From NCBI GenBank assembly GCA_013265495.1, contig MU058844.1, forward strand, positions 3,233,819-3,297,818: a stretch of DNA of 64,000 nt. Direction: 5' to 3'. Shown piece after piece: positions 49,740 through 62,850 of this stretch. Source of the DNA: Vicugna vicugna (Eukaryota). The translations under genes and the position numbers were made by a program. The notes beneath the pieces were generated by a model, which was not told the origin of the DNA, did no database searches, and saw nothing but the letters and a program-made list of their open reading frames with translations. The first letter of the stretch is position 1. The number at the start of each line of letters is the position of its first letter.

Positions 49740-52500
49740 TGTTCCTTTATTGATTATTTTGAGAAAAGCTTGACTTGGACTTTGTTTTTTGTGTTTATCA
49801 AAACAATATTGCATAGCATTTGAAAAGTCAAACAGTTCTGTAAGACTTGATACCTAGGTCCCCTACCAACTATCATTTCTTCCAGCTCATTTTTTGACTG
49901 AAGGAAACCAACTATTTTAGCTGTTTGTTTTCCTTAGTTATTTGCCTTCATATATCTAAATGACATGACAAGAGTTTTTAATTTTTTTAATATAAAGTAT
50001 GTGTTAATGACTTTTCATTAAGGAGGATAAGGATTTAGCACTCTCACAGGCACACACACACAGTTACCCCTATGTGCATTCATACTCACTACCTGTCCTG
50101 TCACTCTTCCATCAGAGTTAAAGATCGTCCAGAGACCATACTTACTGTGATGGAAATGCTGTTCCAGGCTGAGCCATGTGGTCTACTGTAATGACTTTTA
50201 CTTCCTTGCACAACTTTTTGTATTCCCTACAAATTGTCTTTTTCAGTTCACTCTCTTAATCTTTAAATTATTGATTTATTTATCTATTTAATTATTTTCT
50301 TAGTTTGTTTTTTAATGTACTGAATATTAATTCATCACCAAATTCTTCTTTGATTATGTCAGAGGCATCACATGCCTTCACTGATTTTATCTGCTTAGAG
50401 ACACCTCCCAGACCGTATGACATGCTATATAATCTGGACTGTTTGCTAGGCCTGCTGCTCAGCTGACTTTTCTTTCTCCATCTGAGAATTTCCTTAACCA
50501 TTCGCTGATGTAAGATTTTGAATTTCCTGGATTTGATGTCATCATCTTTTTTGGTTTACTCTCTCAGTTAAGTAAAGCCATCTCCAACAGATTCCTGAGA
50601 AGAAGGGTTCATGGGAGTTAAACTTTTTCATAGCTTTTATGACTGAAATCTCTATACTCACCTCAAAGAATTCTTCTTGGATTCTTAGTCTGACTTGGTT
50701 TTTAAAAATCAAGGTTGAAAGTAATTTTCACTCAGAATTTTGAATTTGTACCTCCAATGTTATTACATACCATTTTGAATTTTGAAACTCTTTTTCTTTC
50801 TTTCTTTTTTTCTTTTCTGGAGATATTTAAGTCTTTCGTTTGTTCTCAAGTCCTCTGACTGTCATGATGGTTTGTCTTAGGGTAACTTTTTACTATGAAA
50901 ACTCGTTTTCTTTAATTTTGTGGCATTTTCTTATACTCTCCTTGTTTTTTCTCCACTGTTTTTCTTTATGGCATAGTCCCCCTGATTTTTGGAACTCTTA
51001 TACTGATAACTTGTCTCTTTCTTCTGTTTACCGTACCTTTGTCATCTTACAGGAATATTTCCTCGACTCTGTTGTTCTTTCATTTCTGTGATCATATATT
51101 TAATTTCCAAGAGTTGTTTTTTAATCTCTGAATTTTTGTTTTTGTTTTAACATCTTGTTCTTGTTTCATTGCTGTGCCTTTTGCTTTTCTAAGGAGTTCA
51201 TTTTTTTAAAAACAAGCTGCTTTTGTCTCTTTGTATCTCTGTATACCTTTTGGTGTTGTCTCTATCTTTCCAGTTAGTGCTTTCTTTAGATGTCAAGTGA
51301 TTCTTAGTTGTCTCTCCTTATTTACAAGTAGGAAGTTGAAAAGCTGGAAAGCCTTAAGCCTATAGGTGTGATTTGTCGACCAGAGCTACTCAATAAAGTG
51401 GTCTGGCTTGGCCATTTCACTTCTTAGGGTACTTTGAATTTTCAGTATTTTTAGGTCTCTTCACTTCAGATGATCAGATTTCCAGAAAAGAATTTTCAAA
51501 TCTGCTGACTGGAGGGCAGTCTTGAATCCTGGTATTCTGGGAGACAAGTAAAAGAAGAAGGATGGTCGTCTTAGCATTCATCAGAGTTACTCTTAACTGC
51601 TTGCTTATATTCAATATAGCACCCCATACCCAGCAGTACTTGGTGCCACCCTTCAGTTTAAATATTCTGTTGTATCCTCTTAGTAAATTAGCAGGCACTC
51701 TTCTGCCAGGTCAGAGGGAGTGGCGAACTGCCTGGTTGCATGGACTTGGGAGGGGGCTCTTAGGCTCTAGCTGCCTTTTCTTTTCGTTTTTTTATGAATA
51801 TGTAACACACCTACAGAAAAGTACACACTGAATGGATTATCACAAGTGAGTAGATAATAGATAATGCAAGGCAAGAAATGCAGTACAACCTATACCCTAG
51901 GAAGCCTGAGTCACACTCCCTTATAGTTACTGCTGTCTCTCTTCAGAGACAGCCAGTATTCCGAAGATTTCTTTTGACTGTTTTTGAACTTTGTACATAA
52001 GAATCGTATATTATGTATTATTTTTAGTCCATTTTCCTTTGTTCATCGTTGTCTTTGTGAGATTCATGTGCATTGTTGTATATAGTTTAGTTCATTCATT
52101 TTTATTAATCTACAGCCTGCTAATGTAATGCATCCCATTCCACTGTTGAGGGACATTGTTGCTCTTAGTTTGGACCTTCTAAGTACTTCTTCAGCATCTT
52201 CGGAAGACTTTGAAGACTTCCTTCGTCACCCCCACCTCCAGTGCTACCTGATGCTACCAAGTCCCGAGCCTTATGCAGCAGAGCCCCGCAGTACAACAGA
52301 GGCTCCCCCGCTCTCCCTGCTGTCAGCTTAGGGTTTGGCTCTCTGGGGTCTGCTGAGTTTCTTACTGTCTGGTCATCTGCTTTCCAGCCTCCTGCGGTTT
52401 TTTTGAACTATCTCCTTTCCCACTAACTTTTTGTCTTTGTGAGTTTCTATTTTTTTCAATGTATCTTTTATAATGTGACTTTTGGAAGGAATTTTGGGTA
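49740..52500 (-). mobile_element. Patchwork of ancient L1M (L1ME/MD-like) fragments
   Basis: T-rich antisense L1 character, e.g. cagaaaagtacacactgaatggattatcacaagtg...tttgtgagattcatgtgcattgttgta; boundaries approximate. Confidence 0.5.
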
Positions 52501-52722
52501 GTGCCTGTATCCATTCCTATTTTTTTTTAAACCCAATTTAAACTTTATTTTCAATGCCTCGTTTATTATATTCAATTTCTACCATCTTTCACAATAAGTT
52601 TTAGTCAATAACTATTAAATATAATGGTAAATTTCTATTAATTAAATATATATTAGCCTTTCAAATAGTTAAAAGTTATGTTTTAAACATTTAGTCTAAT
52701 TCACAGAACTTTTTTTTAATAG

Positions 52723-52920
<198 letters not shown>

Positions 52921-53060
52921 TGACAGTTTGTTTATTAATACTTGTTTATTTTAGAGCAAAAATGTTACGTTCTTTAAGTTTTTGAATGTAAACGGCATCT
53001 TGAGAATTGCTGAGTCCCTGAATAGCTGTAAATGTCTATTAAGAAACCTGTCTTTCCCAG

Positions 53061-53274
53061 GATTCTCCACTTAAAGCTGTACAGATGCTGTGGGTAAACC
53101 TCATAATGGATACGCTCGCTTCCCTGGCTCTGGCGACTGAACCCCCCACTGAGTCTCTCCTGCTTCGGAAACCTTATGGTAGAAATAAGCCCCTCATCTC
53201 ACGTACAATGATGAAGAATATTTTGGGTCATGCATTCTACCAACTTGTAGTAGTCTTTACACTCTTATTTGCTG
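53061..53274 (+). CDS. ATP2B1: Exon 17 (214 nt), TM6-TM7
   Basis: tcccag|GATTCT...GCTG|gtaaga; encodes [11 protein letters not shown]. Confidence 0.98.
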
Positions 53275-53748
53275 GTAAGAATTTGATGCCTGGTAAAGCT
53301 TCAGTTGTTTCTGTTCCAAGCTCATATCCCAGACATCTTAATGCTACAGATTTTTCAAGAACATAAGTTGTTACTCTTTTTCTGACCACCCCCGCAACCC
53401 ATTTGTCTTTAATTTCTCCTCTTTATCAGTGAATGCGTAGTACATTTTGAGAGGCAGCGTGACAGATACTGGGGAGAAAAGTAAAGAGGGTCCTAATTTC
53501 TTGTCCTGGCTCTACCGCTAACTTAGACATTAGATCTTGAACATGTCACCATAGTTTGGGGGGCTTCCATTTGCTCCTCTACAGAATAAGAAAGTCACAC
53601 TAGAGAATCCCACGTCTCTTCCAACTCTTTCTCTGCTGCCATTTGAGAGCAAAGAAAGGTCTGTCTAGATTTTCTTATTGCATACTTCCTTGAAATGTTA
53701 AATTATTTTGTATGACAATTACAGAATAGTAATTTTTTATTCTTTCAG

Positions 53749-53960
53749 GAGAAAAGTTTTTTGATATTGATAGTGGAAGAAATGCTCCTTTGCACTCTCC
53801 TCCGTCGGAACATTATACTATTGTTTTTAATACCTTTGTACTGATGCAACTTTTCAACGAAATAAATGCCCGGAAAATTCATGGTGAAAGAAATGTATTT
53901 GAAGGAATCTTTAATAATGCCATCTTCTGCACAATTGTTTTAGGCACTTTTGTGGTACAG
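53749..53960 (+). CDS. ATP2B1: Exon 18 (212 nt), TM8-TM9
   Basis: tttcag|GAGAA...ACAG|gtgggt; encodes [22 protein letters not shown]. Confidence 0.98.
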
Positions 53961-55361
53961 GTGGGTAATTGTAAAAGATAGTTTCAAATTTGATTATTAT
54001 GTGGAGATCTTAGGTAAACAGGTGGCTTGTTCCAGAAATTACTTGACTGCAGTGTGTGGGCTTTCTGTGTATTGCCTTGAAGACATCAAAAAAAAAGTTT
54101 TAAGTATCATAACTCAAGTGAAAATTTGCCCTGTCCTGAAATTCTACATGTGCATGAGTGTATTAAGCTCATACTGCTTTAACTGCACTGCAGGTTCTGT
54201 GGCTGTGATCCTTCACACTCGGATATTCTGATTATTCATTCTACATTGTTATTATTTAAACTATTGTAATTTTTATGTTATTTAAGACCAGTCTTACAGT
54301 GTACCACTTTTTAATATAGCTGGAGTGGCCGCTTAATTGCTTCTAGCAATTAATAGCAGTTAATTATTTCTACAGTTGAGTTCATTGTGAAATAATAAAA
54401 TGTTTTGAAATGAATGTTTTAAAATTTTGAATGTCTGCATCCTGAGTTGGTATGAGCCACATTTTTCATTTTGTGATATTGTCAAAACAAGGCAGGAAAT
54501 GGAATGGAGAATGGAGTGTGAGGAATGGGGTTGAGATGAAATGTGAGGGACTGAATTTTCCCATTTGAATAAAGGTCAGTCTGAGGACAGAACTATACAC
54601 TTCACATATGGTGGTTTTTATGTAACTATATATTATACCTGTGTTTTTATATCCTCTTGGATTCTGTGGTACTCTTCTATGCAAATGATTGTTAACAGTA
54701 GAATCTGGAATCAAAACAGGTAAGTGAATGGTGCATGATTACACCCGGAAGTCATTAAACACAATAAGATTTCAAATTAAATTAAAAAGTGAGCCTTTCA
54801 AAATAGAGTCAGATAGTGATGGTGCTTATTTCAAAATGAAGATCTAAAAATTTTGAGAAGTTTACTCAAATAGTCTATACCTTGTGTACTGTGATATCAG
54901 AATCCAAAATCCTAGACTTAATTATTTCTGTGAAAATTGTTTCTGTCTTAGCTTTCAGTTTCAATTAACTTTGGGAGAAATGTTATTTTCTTGTTCTGTA
55001 GTTTCTGGAAGTATTTTACAGATTTCATAAAAAAAAATCATTGTTCATGACATGCTAAAATTTTAGCTTTTACTTACTATAAAATTAGGTTTATCCGTTT
55101 AATATATGGGGATTGCAAAATTGTAACGGCTTATTTCTCTGTAAATAAATGTGATAAAATTTAGTTCCCAACATAGGTTGATATACCCAGAACAGTTGAA
55201 GTGAGGTGTTACTCTTCAATAACTTATAAATATACTTGAAGTGTGACCAGCAGATCAGCCCCTGATCTGTTTGTTACAAGTCCACAGTGAGATAAGGAAC
55301 ATAAGCCAGAATGTAAGTCAACAACTTCACTAAATAAATGTACTCTTGATTATTCCTCCAG

Positions 55362-55469
55362 ATAATAATTGTGCAGTTTGGTGGAAAACCTTTCAGTTGT
55401 TCAGAACTTTCAATAGAACAGTGGCTATGGTCAATATTCCTAGGGATGGGAACGTTACTCTGGGGCCAG
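55362..55469 (+). CDS. ATP2B1: Exon 19 (108 nt), TM10; splice site B exon
   Basis: ctccag|ATAATA...CCAG|gtaata; encodes [13 protein letters not shown]...LLWGQ. Confidence 0.97.
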
Positions 55470-55475
55470 GTAATA

Positions 55476-55490
55476 TCTCTCTCTCTCTCT

Positions 55491-55555
<65 letters not shown>
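55476..55555. repeat. (TC)n followed by T33-ATA-T26 pyrimidine tract
   Basis: Read directly; starts 6 nt downstream of the exon 19 donor. Confidence 0.95.
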
Positions 55556-57465
55556 GGTATCTAAAGTGATTTTTTAAAATTTCTTTCAGGATGTGTATGT
55601 TCTTTAATCAGTTCTATAACTTAATTCTAAGCAGTTCTTACTCTGGGTCAAGAAAGGGCATTCAGAGATTTTTTTTTATATATAACACTTGTTCTAATAT
55701 GTCACTTGCTGTTTACTGTGATTATGGCTGTACAATAAAACACAACTTTAATTTCTTGGTTTTTTAACTTTTTTTTTCTAACAAGTTTTACGACACTAAG
55801 TTTCATTTGTAACTGGTTAGAATGCTAATATCTGTATCTTTTGCTCTATGACTTATTTTTGCATTTTCAGAATTAATATTTTAACAAAAATATAAAAATA
55901 TTATATACATTTGACTTTTCATCATTTTGTTATGTAGTATAATAAAAATGTAGCTTAAGAAAAATCTTGAGTTTCAGTTGATGTGAGGAATGTTTCCATG
56001 AAAATAGTAGTATCTGAGAAAATGGCCACAAAATGACATTTTAGAGTATTTGGATCAAATGGCTTTAACAGTGTGTATAAAATTACAATGCCTGTAAAAT
56101 GAGATATCTTTCATCTATACTATAAGTAGCTTACTTGCAAGTGTATGTCATTATTTTTTTAAAGATAAGTGGTAACGGTGTATGTGTTGTTCATTTCAAG
56201 TCCGTTACCATCACTGTAAAACGAACTGATAAGGAATCTGTACTAACATTTTCATAAATGAAACTTAGCAGTGTGTGACTGGTGTGAGCTAATAACTCTT
56301 ATCATTCTACAAGTTAGTCAAACCGAAATCCAGCTTCTACCTAACCTTAACTCAGTCTTTATTTGCCTTTATCTTACCTTTTTCTTAATTGTGTTTCTAG
56401 GTTCTGAGTTTTCTCTTCTTACTCATTATGCAGATCTCTTTAATTGAGATCCTCTTTTAAGTAGGATCCATATTTGGGCCACTCTTCTGTTTTGATTACC
56501 TTTCTAGTTATTTTATAATGTTCCCTTACAGGCAAAACTGAACCCCACAACCTCCAAAAAACTCTAATTTCAGGAAGAGGAAGTTCAATGCAGCATATAT
56601 GCCCAACAGGCATCAGTAGCTGTCTTTGTTTGACGTCATCTATTGATTTTTAGTGTGCCATGGGAGAAAACACTGATTTTGTTAGTCAGGAGACCTAGGG
56701 TCTTAGTCACTCAGAGAACGAGTCACATCTCTTGTCTCTGAGCTCATCTCTGAAATGAGGTGGTCGGGGTAGAAGTTCTCTGAGCACTTCTGATTCTGAC
56801 AGCGTGCCTGTTTCTCCCAGCTTCCTTAAGGAATGGCCAAGTTCCTTAAGGAATAGCTGTTAACACTTAAAAGTTAATACGTATTTATTGGCATTTTTGT
56901 ATCTTTCATGTTTTCTGGGCATCTGTTCCTGTTTGGTGTCATTCTCAATCAGTGTTAATCCAATTTTAAGTAGTTACATTTTATAAAAATAAATATATTT
57001 AATAAACAAAAGCTATTTTCAGTTTAGCCTTGAAGATTTTTTGAATTTTGGTATTTTTTTCTCATTGAACTCTTAAAGCACTGATGAAATATGAACTTCT
57101 TTTGCATCCAAGAAGATCAACCTATTTTCATTTTATTTGAAATAAATATGAGTTTAAATATATATATATATAAAAGCATGGTTGTTAATTTACTGTCTTG
57201 AATGTCCTAAATAAAATATGAAAATATAATCAGGTTATTTCCATTCAGGAAACCTTTTTACCCTTCAGACTTAAATCTTTTATGTAGCTAAGAGAATATT
57301 TTTTGTTCTGAGAAAGAAAGCCTCTGATGGACAGGATCTCATTGCTTCATGGGTAAAGATAGTTGGCTGTGCTTGCAACTTTTCATACCTTTTTTGTGTT
57401 GAAGTTGATCGGTTTAATTGTATCTTGATGCGATTTGTTTCTAAGTTCTTTCCCCTATGTTGTAG

Positions 57466-57660
<195 letters not shown>

Positions 57661-58035
57661 TAGAGAGGTAGGAGAGACAGTGGGAGTGGGAGCAGAGGGC
57701 TTTTGGACCTGGGAGGAGGTTTAAATGTGCTCCTTCACTTCCTTTCTAGCCTCCCCAACCCACAAAACTTACTCTTTTGAAAAATAATACTGGTGCCTGG
57801 AATGAATGAAAGTTTTAACTGATCATGAAAGAATGTGTCTATATGCCCCCAAGCTCCTTTTTTCCTAGCTTTTTTTTCCCCCCTTCATCTCCAAATGCTA
57901 CTCTTGCCTATTTATCTGCGCTGTAAAAAGTGCCTTTTTTCTTTACTTTTTATATGTTGATAGATGGAATGGTCCTTTCTCTTGTTCTCTCTTTCTCTTG
58001 CTGAGCAAGCTGTCACAATCTCTGATTCCTTGCAG

Positions 58036-58189
58036 ATGGATGTAGTGAATGCTTTCCAGAGTGGAAGTTCCATTCAGGGGGCTCTAAGGCGGCAACCCTC
58101 CATCGCCAGCCAGCATCATGATGTAACAAATATTTCTACCCCTACACATGTAGTGTTTTCCTCTTCTACTGCTTCTACTACTGTGGGGT
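58036..58189 (+). CDS. ATP2B1: Exon 21, alternatively spliced site-C exon (154 nt; 1a), with internal donors after 87 nt (58122; 1c), 114 nt (58149; 1d) and 152 nt (58187; 1e); skipped in 1b
   Basis: ttgcag|ATGGAT; donors gtaaca (58123), gtagtg (58150), gtgtga (58188) and gtgagt (58190) give the known PMCA1 variant lengths; encodes MDVVNAFQSGSSIQGALRRQPS. Confidence 0.96.
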
Positions 58190-58208
58190 GTGAGTGTGTG
58201 TTCCTAAG

Positions 58209-58545
58209 TGCATGAAATTAACATTTCCTACTTCACACACCTAACGTTTCTCATTTTCTCCTTAATGTTTAAATTCATTGTTCAGGCTTTTCATAAAGCT
58301 TTCTTTTCGTAAAGTGGATTGAGACTTCAAAGTGTTGTCGTTGTTGTTTTATTTCTTAGAGGGCTAGATAACAGGTGGAACAATTGCAACCAAAGATTAG
58401 ACACGAAATCCATGAGCTTGTCTCTACGCTAACTCTGAGAGTTAATATGGGGAGTAAAATTGTAGCTTAGAATTTGTGAAACTACTATAAATTTTTGAGT
58501 ATATGCCTTTAAACATGTTCATACTGCATGGTTCCCAGATGCATG
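58209..58545 (+). promoter_or_regulatory. RBFOX-type intronic splicing enhancers (UGCAUG x3)
   Basis: TGCATG at 58209-58214, 58525-58530 and 58540-58545, downstream of the regulated exon. Confidence 0.75.
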
Positions 58546-58860
58546 TGATTTGAAACTGATCTAACATAACCAAGAAATTGCATTTTTAAAGCTAAAAATG
58601 AACTTAATATTTTGACTCATGTCTAGTTCAGTTTGGAAAGTAAGTTAATACCCTGTAGAAAAGTTCTCAGCATATAGCCAGGTTGCTTTGGCTTTTTTTT
58701 TTTCTTTAAGGAGGGAGTCCCTGAATAATAGCTTCAAAGTTCTTTGGTGCTTATACTATTTTTTTCGTGTATGTAATCAACTTAATTTACAATTGCTTCC
58801 TAGATAAAATGTTCTAAGTTTTCCAAAGAAGTAGGGAAAGTGTATTTTTTTGTTCAGTGT

Positions 58861-61150
58861 TTGTTTTTTTTGTTTGTTTGTTTGTTTGTTTGTTTTAATT
58901 TCACTCATTTCTCCCACTACCTGACCACCTTCCACCTCTTGCAGCAGCCAGTCTGTTTTTTGTATCTGTGAGCTTGGTTTGAGGTTTTTGTTTTTTAAGA
59001 TTCCACATATAAGAGAGATCATACAGTGTTGTCTTTCTTTGTCTGACTTATCTCACTTAGCATAATAATGCCCTCAAGTTCCCTCTCTCTTCACAAATAG
59101 CAAGGTTTCCTTTTTTATGGTTGAATAATATTCTAGTGTGGGGGGAGGTGTATATACACCATAATTTCTTTAGCCATTCATTCATCAGTGGATAATTAGA
59201 TTGTTTCTGTATGTGCTATTGTAAATAATGCTGCAATGAACATTGGGGTACATATATCTTTTCAAATTAGTGTTTTTGTTTTCCTCAGATATTCAGAAGT
59301 GGAATTGGGGTTGCTCAATCATTTGGTAGTTCTGTTTTTAATTTTTTGAGGAACCTCCATAGTGTTTCCATAGTGATTATACCAATTTACATTCCTACCA
59401 ATAGTGCACAAGGGTTCCCTTTTCTCTGCATCTTTGCCACACTTGTTATTTCTTGTCTTTTTGATAATAGCCATTCTAACAGGTCTGAGGTGATATCTCA
59501 TTGTGGTTTTGACTTGCGTTTCCCTGATAATTAGTGTTGTTGAGCATCTTTTAATGTGCCTCTTGTCCATTTGTATGTCTTCTTTGACAAAATGTCCTTT
59601 CAGATCTTTTGACCATTTTTTAGTCAGTTTTTTTTTTGTTATCAAGTTGTACAAGTTCTTTGTATATTTTAGCTATTGTCTCCTTATTTGATATGTAACT
59701 TGCAAATTTTTTTCCCACTCTTTAGGTTGTATTTTCATTTTGTTCATGACTTCCTTTGCTGTGTAGAACCTTTTCAGTTTGATATAATCCCACTTGTTTG
59801 TTTTTGCTTTTTTCGCTTTTGGTATCTGATTCAAAAGAATCATCACCATGACCTATATCAAGGAAGTTACCTCCTATGTGAGCTTTTTGGTTTGTTTTTT
59901 AAAAACTTTTTTTTTTAATGAAAGATTCTTTAAATTCTGTAGTGCCTTACGATTTTACCACCATGTTTTATTCTAGGAGTTTTATGGTTTCAAGTCTTAT
60001 GGTCAAGTCTTTAATCAATTTTGAGTTGATTTTTGTGTATGGTGTAAGATAGTGGTCCAGTTTCATTCTTTTGTGTGTAGCTATCCAATTTTTCCAACAC
60101 CACTTATTGAAGAGATTGTCCTTTCCCCACTGTATGTTCTTGACTCCTTTGTCATGAATATTGATTTATTTCTGGGCTCTCTGTCCTGTTCCATTGATCT
60201 ATATGTCTGTTTTTATGCAAACTTATGCCAACACCATACTGTTCTAATTACTATAGCTTAGTAATATAGTTGACATCAGGGAGCATGGTGACTCCAGCTT
60301 TGTTCTTCTTTCTCAAGATTTCTTTGGCTATTCAGAGGCTTATGTGGTTCCTTACAGATTTTAGGATTGTTTTTATTTCTGTAAAAAATGCCATTGGAAT
60401 TTTGATAGGGATTTTATTGAATCTGTACTGCTATGAGTAGCATGGACATTTTAACAATAGTAATTCTTCCAATCTATGAGCACATAATATCTTTTCATTT
60501 ATTTGTGTCATCTTCAGTCTCATTCATTAATGTCTTGTAGTTTTCAATATACAGGGCTTTCACCTCCATAGATAAATTTATTCCTAAGTATTCTTTTTGA
60601 TACAGTTGTGAATGGGATTGATCTCTTAATTTCCCTTTTTTAATAGGTTGTTATTAGTGTAAAGAAATGCTGCAGATTTTTGCATATTGATTTTGTATCC
60701 TGCAACTTTACCAAATTCGTTTATTCTAACAGTTTTTTGATGGAGTGTTTAGGGTTTTCTATATATAATATCATCTGCAGGTAGTGATGGGTTTACTTCT
60801 TTCTTTCCAATTCAGATGCCTTTTATTTCTTTTCCTTGCCCAATTGCTCTGGTTAGGACTCCCAATACTATGTTGAATAAAAGTAGCAAAAAAAATCTGT
60901 CAGTTACACAGTTGGCCACTTCTGCCCTCACTGATAGAGGGGCTTGTTCCTGATCTTAGAGGAAAAGCTTTTGGCTTTTAACCATTGAGTATGAAGTTAG
61001 CTGTTGGTGGATCATATATGGCCTTTATTATGTTCAGGTATGTTCCCTCTATACCCGTTTTGTGAAGAGTTTTTAATCATAAATTTGTGTTGAATTTTGT
61101 TAGGTGCTTTTTCTGCATCTATGGAGAGGTGATCATGTGGTTTTTATGTA
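58861..61150 (-). mobile_element. 5'-truncated, degenerate L1 (3' ORF2 + 3' UTR), antisense to ATP2B1
   Basis: ORF 59319-59654(-) [18 protein letters not shown]...[15 protein letters not shown]...[15 protein letters not shown] resembles the L1 ORF2 C-terminal Cys-rich region; (TTTG)n tail at 58861-58896. Confidence 0.93.
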
Positions 61151-62309
61151 TTAATTATTGAAACATTGCATGTCATAATTTTCATTAATTGACTAGAATA
61201 ACAAATTTCCTTTCAGGTTTTTAGCAGATGGCTTTTAGTGAAAGGTTTTCAGTAAACTCCTCAGAAGCCTTATAACCTCTGTCATCCCTACTCTGAACTT
61301 GAGTTTGGATTCCATGGTATACTGGAGGCACTAAAGATACAAGCCCACCCACCCCTCATCCCTGCCCTTGAAATCAGCTGAGACACCTAAGTGTAATCTT
61401 TTGTTTAGGCAGAGACCTATCTTTTCCACTTGGTCTTCAGCCAGTGAAGGACTAGAAGAACCTTGGGTAGCTGGGGAGAGGATGAATTGAGGGAGAAAGC
61501 AATGCTGGCCTGTTCACTACTTGCTTAAGTAATTTTCATTTGTTATTTTTGACGATTTTCCAAAACAGGCAGCACAGAAACTATTCCCATCTTACAGGTG
61601 TGAAAACTGATTTGGAAAAATAACTTGTCTGTGACTAATAAGCAGAACAACATGATGCAGAGCAAAGAGCAGACAAGTGCTGTAAAGACAAACTGACCCT
61701 GTAACGTTAGGCAGGATGTTAAATTTGCACACATGGACAGATAGGAATCTTTCTTTTGAAAATGACCCTGGTGCTACCTACCTAATGAAGTGGTTTATGC
61801 AAATTGTCTGGCCTTATGCCTGGGACAGCTAAAGTCAGCTGCATCCCTTTCTTCCTCTGCCTGGGGGTTTCACATGATTCCTGGCTCTCTAGGGCATTTT
61901 ATCACTCATCCCTTCACTGCCTTTTACTAGTGTTTCTTTCATTGTACTCCATAACCACTGTGGAAGGCCTGCCACCTGCCAGGGCTGTACTCGAACCACC
62001 CGACCTTGCAGTCTAGTAAGGGAAGCAGACAAGGAGCTGGGGACTGTGACATGGATATGAAGCAGAGAATGTGTAACAGGGTCCTTAACCTTCCCTTGGA
62101 AGTCAGGAAAAACTACCTGACGAAACTGACTCCCAAGCTGACCCCTTGATAGAATTCACTGATTGAGGGAGGCAGGCCTCAACTGACGTAGTTTGGTACT
62201 AAAAAAGTAATAAAATGTAAGGAGTTGATGCGGCTGGAATGGAAGGTTGGTGCCTATTTATATCCCACAAGAAGGAGCCAAACTGAGACTTAATCCTGAT
62301 AGACTCCCT

Positions 62310-62850
62310 CCCTTCAGAACTTTAAATTTGAAAAATTCCAAACCAACAGACAAGTTGAAAGGTGAATACCCTTCATGTAGATTTACCACTCCTTGATATT
62401 TTATGACATCTGCTTTACCTTTATAATATTAATATATACTTTTTCTGAGCCATTTGAAAGTAAGTGGTAGATACCATAAATTCCATCTGTGAATACTTCA
62501 GTGTGTACTCTCCTGTATAATCATACTGTCTGATCACATCCAAGAAATCTAACTTTGATACCATTTTGTCTAATGTACAGTCCATATTCAGATTTCTCCA
62601 GTTGCCCCCAAAATGTCCTTTATAGCTTTTTTTGATCCAGCATCCAGGAAGGACCATCAGTAGTGTGTGTTATGACTCTTTAGTCTCCTTTGACTAGGAT
62701 CTGTTTTCTCTACCTACAATTTTCAAAACATTGACTTTTTTGAAAAATCCAGGCCGTTTGTTTTGTAAAGTGTCCTACATTCGGGATTTGATTGTTTTCT
62801 CGTAATTAGCTTCATGTTAAACTTTTTTGACAGGTTTGTTTCCTGGGTGG
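62310..62850 (-). mobile_element. L1MC4-like 3' end fragment
   Basis: gagccatttgaaagtaagtggtagatacc...tacagtccatattcagatttctccagttgccccaaaatgtcctttatagc. Confidence 0.65.

Noticed and set aside
58190..58215. Read-through of exon 21 into the intron (…VGCECVFLSA*) as a terminal exon
   Set aside because: I saw no AATAAA/ATTAAA shortly downstream, and a good gtgagt donor is present.
59319..59654. 111-aa minus-strand ORF as an independent gene
   Set aside because: It is a fragment of degenerate L1 ORF2; neighbouring L1 sequence is disrupted.
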